DNA of 64,000 nucleotides. Source: Dehalococcoidia bacterium. Its GTDB lineage: Bacteria > Chloroflexota > Dehalococcoidia > Lucifugimonadales > Australimonadaceae. The translations under genes were made by a program, and so were the position numbers. Where the stretch lies: NCBI GenBank assembly GCA_965220225.1, contig OZ244813.1:1506991-1570990 (forward strand), read 5' to 3'. This document shows, piece after piece, positions 15,518-24,824 of this stretch. A model generated the notes under the pieces. It worked only from the letters and a program-made list of their open reading frames with translations, searched no databases and was not told where the DNA came from. Each line of letters starts with the position of its first letter. Position 1 is the first letter of the stretch.

Positions 15518-17728
15518 ATGCCCACGCACCATGAGATAGAGATAGCCGGTCGGACCCTCTCCATAGAGACGGGCAAGCTGGCACAGCAGGCGCACGGCTC
15601 GGCCGTCGTACGTTACGGCGACGCGGTTGTGCTCGTCACCGCCGTGATGGGAGGCGTCCGCGAAGGCCTGGACTTCTTCCCGCTGACCATCGAGTACGAA
15701 GAGCGCCTCTATGCCGTCGGTCGTATCCCGGGCAGCTTCTTCCGCCGCGAAGGGCGCCCGACCACCGAGGCGACGCTCGCCGCGCGGCTGACCGACCGCC
15801 CCCTGCGCCCGCGCTTCCCCAAGGGGATGCGGAACGAGGTGCAGATCATCACGACCGTGCTGTCCGCCGACCACGAGAACCAGCCGGACATCCTCGGGAT
15901 CATCGGCGCGTCCGCTGCGCTCTCCATATCCCAGATCCCGTTCAACGGCCCGGTCGCCGCGACGCGCATGGGCTATGTGGACGGCGAACTCGTCGTGAAC
16001 CCCACCTACGAACAGCTTGCCGAGGGCAAGCTCGACCTGACCATCGCGGGCAGCCGCGACGCCGTCATCATGATCGAGGCCGGGGCGAACGAGGTGAGTG
16101 AGGAGGTCATCCTGGAGGCGCTCCGCGTCGGCCAGGAGAACAACGTCGAGATCATCGGGCTGCAGGACCGGATCGTGGCCGAGGCCGGGAAACCGAAGAC
16201 CGAGGTCGTGTTCGCGGAAGGCTCCGACCCCGAGCTGCTGTCGAGCATCGCGCGCATCGCGCGCCCGGCGCTGGAGAGCATCATCGACCGTGGCGAGGGC
16301 CGCGGCGAGCGCAACGAGGGCATCAAGCAGGCCGAGAAAGAGGCTATCGAGCAACTGGGCGAAGAGCACGACGCCAAGACCGTGGCCAAGGTGTTCGACG
16401 ACGTGCTCAAAAAGACGGTGCGCGCAAAGGTCATCAAGGAGGGCAAGCGCCCGGATGGCCGCGCACTCACCGAGGTCCGACCGCTCTCCAGCGAGGTGGG
16501 CCTGCTGCCGCGCACGCACGGTTCCGCGCTCTTCCAGCGCGGCGAGACGCAGATCCTCACGGTGGCTACGCTCGGCTCGATGTCCATGACGCAGAAGCTG
16601 GACGGGCTCAGCCCCGACGACACGAAGCGCTACATCCACCACTACAACTTCCCTCCGTTCTCGACCGGCGAGGCCCGCCGCATGGGCACCGGCCGCCGGG
16701 AGATCGGTCACGGCGCGCTCGCGGAGCGCGCGCTCGCGCCCGTCATCCCGGACGAGTCGGAGTTCCCCTACGCGTTCCGCGTCGTCTCCGAGGCGCTCGG
16801 CTCGAACGGCAGCACCTCGATGGGGAGCGTCTGCGGCAGCACGATGGCGCTGATGGACGCAGGCGTGCCCATCACGCGGCCCGTTTCCGGCGTCGCGATG
16901 GGCCTGATGACGGACGACGAGGGGAACTTCCAGGTGCTCACGGACATCCAGGGCGTCGAAGACTTCTTCGGTGACATGGACTTCAAGGTCGCGGGCACCA
17001 GCGAGGGCATCACTGCGCTGCAGATGGACATCAAGGTCTCCGGCATCACGCAGGAGATATTCCGGCAGGCACTCGCGCAGGCGAAGGAAGGGCGCGCGTT
17101 CATCCTCAACCATATGCTCGGCACCCTCGCAGAGCCGAGGACGGAACTGAACCCCAACGCGCCGCGCATGACCCGCGTGAGCATCCCGGTCGACAAGATC
17201 GGCGCGCTCATCGGCCCCGGCGGCAAGACGATACGCAGCATCATCGAGGCCACGGGCGCGTCCGTCGACGTGGAGAACGACGGCGTCGTCACCATCGGCG
17301 CGTCGGACCAGGCAGCTGCGGAGCACGCCATCCGCATGATCGAGGGGCTCACGAAGGAGGTCGAGGTCGGCGAGCGGTACACCGGACAGGTGACGCGGCT
17401 GATGAACTTCGGCGCGTTCGTCGAGATCCTCCCCGGCAAGGAAGGCATGGTGCACGTGAGCGAGCTCGACACCACGCGCGTCGAGTCCGTCGAGTCCGCC
17501 GTGAAGGTGGGCGACGAACTGGAAGTGATGGTGATCGAGATCGACCGCATGGGGCGGGTCAACCTCTCGCGCCGCGCGGTGCTCGAGAACCTCTCACCGG
17601 AGGACGTGGCCAGCAGCCGTTCAAACGGGCGCAGCGGAGGAGACCGTGGTCCGCGTGACCGGGGCGACCGCCGGGGCGGCGACCGCGACCGCGGGCCGCG
17701 CCGTCCGCGCGAGTTCGGTCGGCGGTAG
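15518..17728 (+). CDS. pnp: polyribonucleotide nucleotidyltransferase (PNPase)
   Basis: Two RNase PH domains followed by KH and S1 domains (GQVTRLMNFGAFVEILPGKEGMVHVSEL). The C-terminal tail is RG-rich. Confidence 0.97.
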   Translation: MPTHHEIEIAGRTLSIETGKLAQQAHGSAVVRYGDAVVLVTAVMGGVREGLDFFPLTIEYEERLYAVGRIPGSFFRREGRPTTEATLAARLTDRPLRPRFPKGMRNEVQIITTVLSADHENQPDILGIIGASAALSISQIPFNGPVAATRMGYVDGELVVNPTYEQLAEGKLDLTIAGSRDAVIMIEAGANEVSEEVILEALRVGQENNVEIIGLQDRIVAEAGKPKTEVVFAEGSDPELLSSIARIARPALESIIDRGEGRGERNEGIKQAEKEAIEQLGEEHDAKTVAKVFDDVLKKTVRAKVIKEGKRPDGRALTEVRPLSSEVGLLPRTHGSALFQRGETQILTVATLGSMSMTQKLDGLSPDDTKRYIHHYNFPPFSTGEARRMGTGRREIGHGALAERALAPVIPDESEFPYAFRVVSEALGSNGSTSMGSVCGSTMALMDAGVPITRPVSGVAMGLMTDDEGNFQVLTDIQGVEDFFGDMDFKVAGTSEGITALQMDIKVSGITQEIFRQALAQAKEGRAFILNHMLGTLAEPRTELNPNAPRMTRVSIPVDKIGALIGPGGKTIRSIIEATGASVDVENDGVVTIGASDQAAAEHAIRMIEGLTKEVEVGERYTGQVTRLMNFGAFVEILPGKEGMVHVSELDTTRVESVESAVKVGDELEVMVIEIDRMGRVNLSRRAVLENLSPEDVASSRSNGRSGGDRGPRDRGDRRGGDRDRGPRRPREFGRR

Positions 17729-17922
17729 TCCTGCAGGACGTATGACGGGTACGGCGCTGCGGTCGACTGGCCGCAACGCCGGCTCTCGTCACCGGAGCAG
17801 GGGATATACACGGCTACTGCGCAAGTATCAAAGATGATCGTTAAACTGATAACGACGTCGCTCTACGCACGCGGTACCCGTGTGTATAGTCCCAACGGCA
17901 CATCTGCACCAGGAGTAGCCCG

Positions 17923-19365
17923 GTGAGGAAAGGCATAGTCTCGTTGCTGGCTGCCGGAGCAGTCGCGGTAGCTGCGGTCTCCGGCGGATGCACGTCCGAC
18001 CCTACTCCAACGTCAGTACCGACCAGCACTCCACGTCCGGCCGCAGCCGCGACGGCAACCCCCACGCCGACTTCCACCCCCACCGCAACGCCGGTGCCTG
18101 CGCCTGCACCTGTACCGACCCCCACGCTGGTGCCAACGGCAACCCCTATCCCTGCTCCAACCAGTACGCCCGTTCCCGCTGCCACGCCCACGCCCCGCCC
18201 CACGGCGGCGCCGACCGCGACGCCAAGGCCTACGCCGACCCCGGACCCGTCAGCATCGCCCGACTACGCTCCCGGCCTGGAGCATGCGCACGCCGGCGGG
18301 CTGGAAGGCGAGGACGCCGCCAGGTACGCGGCGGCGTTCGTTCACGGGAAGTCACTGGACCTGTCGGACGAGTATGCCGCCGCTTTCGCGAGCGGGGTCC
18401 TCTACTTCGCGATTATCTCGGAGGACCTATTGCTGGGCCGGGGCCGCTTACGGGACTACGACGCATACGCGCAGGAGCGATACGTCGAGCCGTTCGAGGA
18501 GGCGCTGGCTGGCGGAGCGTCGCCGGTCGAAGCGCTCGGCAAGGCGGACGAGGCGTTCCGCATAGTGGGCAGGTGGTGGCCGCTCGCGGGGCTTCGAGGC
18601 CGTCCCTACAAAGGGACGCTCGCCGAGGACTACGCGAAGGCGTTCGAACGGACGGACGAGGTCGGGATCGCGGCCCATCAGTATGCCGCCTTCTACGCGG
18701 GGAACAGGTACTTCGGCTACTCCGAGGAGCACTCCCACGAGGCGGGCAGCATCATTGCCCGGGCGTACCGCGAGTCGGACCAGCGGGACGCGCAATTGCG
18801 CATCAAGTATGCGTCGGCCTACCTGCTGGGCTACCAGCACGCACACCAGACGCACGAGTTCGACGACCTCGACATGGACCACCTGTGGGCGGATGCACAC
18901 GCCGACGGGTACGTGCTGGGATGGCTTCGCGCCACGAACAGTCAGTGGCTGGACGCCAACAACGTGGCGTTCGACTTCGCGGATATCTACGCCCACGCGA
19001 AGATGGACTGGGGTCACTCCGAGCAGGAGGCCTTTCTGCGTGCGGAAGCCTACATGCGCGGCTCCTACCAGGCGTTCCTGCTCGATTACGACCCGTACAG
19101 CGCCGGCGACTACTACGACTATGCGTGGGAGTACTACCTGGCCTACTACGACCGTTCCGTGGAGCGGGCCTGGAACGAGGAGCGTTCGCACGCCTACGCC
19201 ACGGCGTACGCGGAGCAGAGGCTCGACGACGCATCGGAGGAGGACGCCGCGGCGTATGCGAGGGCCTACGAGCGCGCCTACTCAGCGGCGAGAGCCGACG
19301 GCCAGAGCGAGGACGAGGCGCACGAGACTGCATCGGCTGCTGTCGATACCGAGGCGACAGGATAG
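17923..19365 (+). CDS. lipoprotein with long Pro/Thr/Ala linker and Tyr/Ala/acidic repeat domain
   Basis: GTG start follows AGGAG. Lipobox AAVSGG|C. An approximately 95-aa PT linker is followed by recurring (D/E)xYAxA(F/Y) motifs. Confidence 0.65.
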   Translation: MRKGIVSLLAAGAVAVAAVSGGCTSDPTPTSVPTSTPRPAAAATATPTPTSTPTATPVPAPAPVPTPTLVPTATPIPAPTSTPVPAATPTPRPTAAPTATPRPTPTPDPSASPDYAPGLEHAHAGGLEGEDAARYAAAFVHGKSLDLSDEYAAAFASGVLYFAIISEDLLLGRGRLRDYDAYAQERYVEPFEEALAGGASPVEALGKADEAFRIVGRWWPLAGLRGRPYKGTLAEDYAKAFERTDEVGIAAHQYAAFYAGNRYFGYSEEHSHEAGSIIARAYRESDQRDAQLRIKYASAYLLGYQHAHQTHEFDDLDMDHLWADAHADGYVLGWLRATNSQWLDANNVAFDFADIYAHAKMDWGHSEQEAFLRAEAYMRGSYQAFLLDYDPYSAGDYYDYAWEYYLAYYDRSVERAWNEERSHAYATAYAEQRLDDASEEDAAAYARAYERAYSAARADGQSEDEAHETASAAVDTEATG

Positions 19366-19404
19366 GTCGCGCGCAGCCGCTGCCACTGTAGACTCGATAG
19401 CGTC

Positions 19405-19704
19405 ATGGCTTTCCTGAAGCGGCTCATCGTCTGGACGGTCGTTGCCGTCCCCCTCGGTATCGGCATCGGGGCAGTCGTCTCGTTGACGTGGGGCGAGGAC
19501 TCGAACATCGATCGCGCGACCGCCGGGTTCAACGGCGCTGTCGCGGGGTTCTGGCTCGGACTGATCGGGGCGCTGTCCGCGGCAGTGACGACACGCATCG
19601 CGCGCGACCCGCTGCGCCGCGCGGGCGGCTCCGAGTGTCTGACCGGGGGAGTCATCGTGTTCGGCCTGCTGGCGGTCGGGTTGGCGCTGCTGACGCTGGC
19701 CTGA
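19405..19704 (+). CDS. small membrane protein (3 predicted TM helices)
   Basis: Hydrophobic segments LIVWTVVAVPLGIGIGAVV, AVAGFWLGLIGALSAAV and VIVFGLLAVGLALLTL. No recognised family. Confidence 0.45.
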   Translation: MAFLKRLIVWTVVAVPLGIGIGAVVSLTWGEDSNIDRATAGFNGAVAGFWLGLIGALSAAVTTRIARDPLRRAGGSECLTGGVIVFGLLAVGLALLTLA

Positions 19705-19707
19705 CGG

Positions 19708-20613
19708 TCAGGCAGCGGCGCCCACGGGCAGGTCTATCTCGTACTGGGCCAGCATCGCGTCCAGGAACGCGGCAGTCTTCTCGTCTGCTTCCACGAGCGG
19801 CAGCCTGAGCCCGCCCACGTTGAAGCCCGCCCGGTTCAGGCAGTACTTGACCGGTATGGGGTTCGAGACGACGAATAGGCCCGATGCCATCGGCAGCTGC
19901 CTCTTGTGCTCCCCGGCGGCCGCGGCGAGATTGCCCGCCGCCGTGAGCTCGATGAGCCGCGCGATCTGGCGCCCGATGAGGTGCGACGCCACGCTGACGA
20001 CACCCCATCCGCCGAGGCTGACGACGCCGAACGTGTCGCTGTCGTTGCCGCTCCACACGCGAAAGCCGTCCGGCGCGTCGCGGATGATGGCGGCGATCTG
20101 CGCGAGATCGCCCGACGCTTCCTTCGTGCCGACGATGTTCGGGACGTCGTTCGCGAGCCGGAGGGTGGTCTCCGCAGTCATGTTGACGATGGTGCGGCTC
20201 GGCACGTTGTAGAGGATGCAGGGCAGGGAGGTGCTCTCCGCGACGGCCTTGAAGTGGCGGTACAGCCCCTCCTGCGTGGGCTTGTTGTAGTAGGGCACGA
20301 CCAGCAGCTGGGCGTCCGCGCCCGCTTCCTCCGCCATCTGCGCCAGTTTGATCGTCTCGCCGGTGCCATTGGTGCCGGAGCCCGCGACGACGGCGGCGGA
20401 GTCGCCCACCGCCTGCTTGACCTCCGTCCAGAGGCGCAGGTTCTCCTCGTGGGCGAGCGACGGGTTCTCGCCCGTCGTGCCGGTGATGACGAGGCCGTCG
20501 CTGCCGGAGGCCACGAGCGCCTGCGCGAGCCGCCGCGCCTGCCCGTAGTCGATCTCCATCGCTGCGTCGAACGGCGTAACCATCGCCGTGATGAGACGGC
20601 CTATGTCAATCAT
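19708..20613 (-). CDS. dapA: 4-hydroxy-tetrahydrodipicolinate synthase
   Basis: TAMVTPF, GLVITGTTGE, VVPYYNKPTQEG and ILYNVPSRT motifs. RBS GGGAGGAGG. Confidence 0.9.
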   Translation of the reverse strand: MIDIGRLITAMVTPFDAAMEIDYGQARRLAQALVASGSDGLVITGTTGENPSLAHEENLRLWTEVKQAVGDSAAVVAGSGTNGTGETIKLAQMAEEAGADAQLLVVPYYNKPTQEGLYRHFKAVAESTSLPCILYNVPSRTIVNMTAETTLRLANDVPNIVGTKEASGDLAQIAAIIRDAPDGFRVWSGNDSDTFGVVSLGGWGVVSVASHLIGRQIARLIELTAAGNLAAAAGEHKRQLPMASGLFVVSNPIPVKYCLNRAGFNVGGLRLPLVEADEKTAAFLDAMLAQYEIDLPVGAAA

Positions 20614-20722
20614 GCCCCGCCTCCTCCCGAAGGGGTATGCCTTCAGATTCTACCTGAAGGGGCAAGCGGGCGGCGGGCTCCGCTTGCGCGGTGGCGGGAT
20701 ATGACAGACCATCCATGCTGCC

Positions 20723-21919
20723 ATGGCGCTCGATCTGACCAGGACCGCAGGACAGCTGTACGCGGCTGTGCCCTCCATGCGAGAGCAGTGGGGCTCGCAG
20801 CAGCGGGCGCTGGAGCGCGCCGCCGGATACTTCGCGACTGCCGACCCGCACGATACCGAGGCCCGCCGCGCCGCCGGCAAGGCGACCTGGCTCGCCGCGC
20901 GGCTCGACGGAGCACTTCGCGGCGGCTTCGCGCCCCCGCCGCTGCCGCCCGACCATGTGGTCGTCGCGGTGGACGGCTCGCACGTCGACGTCGACCGCCA
21001 CGCAGCAGCGCGCTGCTTCCTCATCAATATCGGCTACGTGACGCTGCGCTACGGCGAGGTACCGCGCGCGGAACTCCGCAGCGAACCGCTGCTCTGCGCC
21101 GACGATGCGTCGCTGACGCTGCGCGACCCGCACGGCGTGCGTGAAGCGAATATCGAGGGCACGCTTCTGGGGATGCACCGCGCCGTCATGGAGATCGAGG
21201 CGCTCGCGAACGAGGTGGAGCGCGCTCCCGAGGGGCTGCCGGTGCTCGGCCTGCTGGACGGCACGCTCGTGCTGTGGGGGCTGAGCGGCGGAATGGACTT
21301 CGTGCGGGAGGAGTTGGTGGACCGGCGCCTCGTCGATGCGATGGACCGCCTGCGCGCTGAGTCGGAACGGCGTACGCTCGCCATCGCGAGCCACATCAGC
21401 CGTCCGCGCAGCGCGGAGGTGATGAGCGCCATACGCATCTCTCGCGAGGTATGCGGCCACGAGACGGTGAACTGCGACGCGCACTGCGGGCAGTTGCGCC
21501 GCGGCGACCGCAACTGCGACGCGGTCAGCGGCGTCACGGACGCGGCGCTCTTCGCGCGGGAACTGGAGCCGGGCGAGCGCTCCGCGCTCTTCCACAGCGC
21601 TTCGAGCATCGTCACCGAGCACTACGGCGACCACCAGGTCTGCTTCTTCTACGTGAACGTGGGCGAGGAGATCGCGCGGATGGAGATGCCCGCCTGGACG
21701 AGCGAGGAAGGCATCCGGCTGGCGCACGCCGCGCTCCTCGTGCAGACGGAGAAAGGGCAGGGCTACCCGATGGCGCTGCAGGAGGCGCACGAGCAGGCAG
21801 TTATCAACGGGGCAGACCGCGAGGACTTCGCGCGGCTGCTCTACGAGACGGTGTCGTCGGAGCGGTTGCCCGCGCCGACGTCGCAGAAGGCGCGCAGCAA
21901 ACGGACCCGGTTCGTGTGA
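20723..21919 (+). CDS. NurA-domain nuclease-like protein
   Basis: N-terminal VVVAVDGSH motif and C-terminal GQGYPMALQEAHEQAVI motif, as in NurA 5'-3' nucleases. It carries a 4-Cys insert, CGHETVNCDAHCGQLRRGDRNC. Confidence 0.6.
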   Translation: MALDLTRTAGQLYAAVPSMREQWGSQQRALERAAGYFATADPHDTEARRAAGKATWLAARLDGALRGGFAPPPLPPDHVVVAVDGSHVDVDRHAAARCFLINIGYVTLRYGEVPRAELRSEPLLCADDASLTLRDPHGVREANIEGTLLGMHRAVMEIEALANEVERAPEGLPVLGLLDGTLVLWGLSGGMDFVREELVDRRLVDAMDRLRAESERRTLAIASHISRPRSAEVMSAIRISREVCGHETVNCDAHCGQLRRGDRNCDAVSGVTDAALFARELEPGERSALFHSASSIVTEHYGDHQVCFFYVNVGEEIARMEMPAWTSEEGIRLAHAALLVQTEKGQGYPMALQEAHEQAVINGADREDFARLLYETVSSERLPAPTSQKARSKRTRFV

Positions 21920-21962
21920 GCCGGGGCCGCAGCGCAGACATTCGAGACAGGGAGGAGCGCAG

Positions 21963-23087
21963 ATGGCGCGGAACGGCTACAAGGTGATGGACTCGGACAT
22001 GCATATCGTCGAACCGTCGGACCTGTTCGACAAGTACCTGGACGCGCGGTTCGCGGACCAGGCGCCGCGCATCTCCCGCGCGCCCGGCAAGCGGGTGGGG
22101 GTGTTCCTGTTCGACGGCGAACGCCTGCCGACCTGCGACGTGGACAACCCCCACCGGATGCAGGGCATGACCAGCCGCACCGACGCCGCGACCCGCCCGA
22201 TGCGCGAGCGCGGCTACGACGGACCGTCGCAGCTGGAGGCGATGGACATGGAGGGCATAGACGTGGCGGTGATGTACCCCACGGTGTGCCTCTACGTGCC
22301 TAACGGGCTGGACGGCGTCGACGGCCCGCTCTCCGCGGCGGTCTGCCGTGCGTACAACAATTGGCTGTACGACTTCTGCCAGACGGACCCGGCGCGGATG
22401 AAGGTCGCGGCGATGGTGTCGCAGCACGACCCGAAGGAGGCGGTGCGGGAGGCGCGCCGGGCAGTGAACGAACTGGGCGCGGTCGGCATCTACATGCGCC
22501 CCAACTTCGTGAACGGCGTGACGTTCCACAGCGCGGACTACGCGGAGCTGTGGGCCACGCTGGAGGAGCTGAACGTTCCGGTGGGCTTCCACGAGGGCAC
22601 CGGCTCCGTCTACCACCAGGACGGCTCCGAGTTCGCCGACAACCGGCTCATGCTGCACGCGTGCTCCCACCCCATCGGCATGATGAAGGCGATGATCAGC
22701 ATGGTCTGCGGCGGCGTGTTCGAGAGCTTCCCCGGACTGCGCGCAGCGTACCTGGAGGCGAACGCGGGCTGGGTGCCGTTCTGGCTGGGGCGGATGGACC
22801 GCGACTACTCGCTCTACCGGGACTGGGACGCGCCGTTCCTGACGCGTCTGCCCAGCGATTACTTCAAGAGCAACTGCTACGTCGGCACTGAGGCTGACGA
22901 GTCCGAGTTGCGCTACACAGTGGACGCCGTGGGCGGGACCAACATCGTCTTCTCGTCCGACTACCCGCACCACGACTCCGAGTTCCCCGAGTCCGTGAAC
23001 GAGTTCCTGGGCCACGACGACCTGGCGGACGAGGTGAAGCGCAACATCCTCTGGGACAACTGCGCCCGGCTCTACGCGCTCGACTAG
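21963..23087 (+). CDS. amidohydrolase-2 family protein (ACMSD-like metal-dependent hydrolase/decarboxylase)
   Basis: VMDSDMHIVEP start, and FHEG...H and FSSDYPHHD metal-binding contexts. Confidence 0.85.
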   Translation: MARNGYKVMDSDMHIVEPSDLFDKYLDARFADQAPRISRAPGKRVGVFLFDGERLPTCDVDNPHRMQGMTSRTDAATRPMRERGYDGPSQLEAMDMEGIDVAVMYPTVCLYVPNGLDGVDGPLSAAVCRAYNNWLYDFCQTDPARMKVAAMVSQHDPKEAVREARRAVNELGAVGIYMRPNFVNGVTFHSADYAELWATLEELNVPVGFHEGTGSVYHQDGSEFADNRLMLHACSHPIGMMKAMISMVCGGVFESFPGLRAAYLEANAGWVPFWLGRMDRDYSLYRDWDAPFLTRLPSDYFKSNCYVGTEADESELRYTVDAVGGTNIVFSSDYPHHDSEFPESVNEFLGHDDLADEVKRNILWDNCARLYALD

Positions 23088-23099
23088 GAAGGGCGGAGT

Positions 23100-24350
23100 A
23101 TGACCGCACTCTTCCCCGCCTGGATCACGCGGGACGCCGGGCTCATCATCGGGGCGCGGGCGCTGCACACGTTCTCGCAGGGCCTGCTTGCCGTGCTGCT
23201 GGGCGTCTTCCTCGCGAAGCTGGGACTCTCCGCGTTCCAGGTGGGACTGTTCTTCAGCCTGGGTTTCGCGGGCACGGCGGCCTTCTCGTTCCTCTCCACG
23301 TTCGTCAGCGAGCGGGTCGGGCGGCGTGGGCTCATGGTCTTCTACACGGGGATGACGCTCGCCGGGAGCGTCGTCGTCGCGGCCATATCGGACCCGCTGG
23401 CTCTGCTGGTGTTCGCATTCATCGGCTCGTTCAACGGCGCGGCGGGCAACGTCGGGCCGACGCAGTCGCTGGAGCAGGCGGCCATCGCAGGGGTGGTCGA
23501 GCCTGCGCGGCGCACGGAACTGTTCGCGCTCTACCGAGTGGCTGCGGCGACCGCGTCGGCGCTGGGGGCGCTGGCGGCGGGGTTGCCCGTGCTCCTCGAA
23601 TCGTTCACGGGAATGGACGAGTTGACGTCGTTCCGCATCGTGCTGTGGGGGCTGGTGGGGCTCCGGCTGGCGATCGGGCTGCTGTTCGCGCTGCTCTCCG
23701 GCCAGGTGGAGGCGGAGCGTGAGCGGCGTGAATGGGTGAACCCGCTGCGGCTCCCGTCCAGCAGCAGGATATTCACGCTCACGGCGCTGTTCAGCCTGGA
23801 CCAGTTGGCGGGGGCCATCATCGTGCGCGGCCTGCTGGCGCTCTGGTTCGTCGAGCGGTTCGGGCTGGACCTCGGCTCGCTGGCGTTGCTCTTCTTCGGG
23901 GCGCAGGTCATCGGCGTGGCGTCGCTCTGGATGGCGGGCAAGATCGCGAACCGCATCGGCCTCATCAACACCATGTCGCTGGCGCACATGCCGTCGGGGC
24001 TGCTGCTGCTGGGCGTAGCGTTCGCACCCTGGGCTTGGCTGGCGGTGGCGCTGCTGCTGGTCCGGTCGCTGTTCGACCAGATAGACGTGCCCGCACGGGA
24101 CTCCTACATCATGTCCGTGGTGCAGCCGTACGAGCGGGTGGCGATGGGGAGCATCCACATCGTGGGGCGCTCGGTCTCCGGCACGATCGGGCCGACGCTC
24201 TCCACAGGCGTGTTGCAGGCGATAGCGCTCAGCGCGCCGCTCGTCGGCTCCGCGCTCGTGAAGGTGACGTACGTGCTGTCGCTCTACTTCATGTTCAGGA
24301 ACGTGAAGGCCCCGCAGGAGATGCGCTCCGCCGAGCGGCAGCGGGAGTAG
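23100..24350 (+). CDS. MFS transporter
   Basis: About 12 TM helices. The loop motif SERVGRRG lies between TM2 and TM3. Confidence 0.8.
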   Translation: MTALFPAWITRDAGLIIGARALHTFSQGLLAVLLGVFLAKLGLSAFQVGLFFSLGFAGTAAFSFLSTFVSERVGRRGLMVFYTGMTLAGSVVVAAISDPLALLVFAFIGSFNGAAGNVGPTQSLEQAAIAGVVEPARRTELFALYRVAAATASALGALAAGLPVLLESFTGMDELTSFRIVLWGLVGLRLAIGLLFALLSGQVEAERERREWVNPLRLPSSSRIFTLTALFSLDQLAGAIIVRGLLALWFVERFGLDLGSLALLFFGAQVIGVASLWMAGKIANRIGLINTMSLAHMPSGLLLLGVAFAPWAWLAVALLLVRSLFDQIDVPARDSYIMSVVQPYERVAMGSIHIVGRSVSGTIGPTLSTGVLQAIALSAPLVGSALVKVTYVLSLYFMFRNVKAPQEMRSAERQRE

Positions 24351-24362
24351 GAAGCGCCTGGC

Positions 24363-24647
24363 TCAACACTCCCCGGGGGCTGTTTCTTCTACTTCCAGGT
24401 CGCCGTCGTACTGGTCCGCCGGCCACCAAGCCACCTTGAAGTGGTTGGTCAACCTGTCTTCGAGCACGCCTTGCCGCCGGTACTCGCTGATGAGGTCGTT
24501 GAACAGCTCCTTCACGCTCTGTTCCGCCTCGTCCATCGTCTTCCCGTAGCCCGTGAGTCCCAACTGCGGGATGTGCGCGACACAGAAGTCGCCCCGGTAC
24601 TCCTTGGTCAGGGTAGTGGCTACGATGATCTTCCCTGTCTCCGGCAT
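24363..24647 (-). CDS. HicB-like/UPF0150-type antitoxin-fold protein (orphan)
   Basis: GDFCVAHIPQLGLTGYGKTMDEAEQSVKELF resembles the HicB N-terminal fold motif. No HicA partner is visible. Confidence 0.4.
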   Translation of the reverse strand: MPETGKIIVATTLTKEYRGDFCVAHIPQLGLTGYGKTMDEAEQSVKELFNDLISEYRRQGVLEDRLTNHFKVAWWPADQYDGDLEVEETAPGEC

Positions 24648-24694
24648 GGCGGTCTCCTGCTGCGGGCATTCTATCCGTTGGCGGCCTGCCGCCC

Positions 24695-24722
24695 GTAGGG
24701 GCGGTTCGCGAACCGCCCCTAC
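24695..24722. repeat. perfect 28-nt GC-rich palindrome (REP-like element)
   Basis: GTAGGGGCGGTTCGCGAACCGCCCCTAC lies in the intergenic space between the HicB-like gene and argJ. This is the single copy in the window. Confidence 0.6.
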
Positions 24723-24824
24723 CCCAACACGACGGAGGCCTTACATAAGAACGACGGAGGGTGAATCTGCTAGACTCGTTCAGGATGGCGCGCCAGCGCC
24801 CCGACAACTCCGCCAGAGGTAGAG

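Noticed and set aside
20614-20722. Lysine riboswitch upstream of dapA.
   Set aside because: The leader is only about 110 nt and lacks a recognisable L-box multi-stem core. Only a 7-bp hairpin (CCTTCAG/CTGAAGG) is present.
21804-24158. Very long ORFs antisense to annotated genes. Examples: 21804..24158(-) 784 aa, 26783..29056(-) 757 aa, 15512..17455(-) 647 aa, 60018..62108(-) 696 aa, 48155..49810(-) 551 aa, 11675..13351(+) 558 aa and 2947..4161(-) 404 aa.
   Set aside because: They are Arg/His/Ala/Gly/Pro-rich shadow frames, typical of high-GC DNA that lacks stop codons. In each case the opposite strand encodes a protein with clear family motifs.
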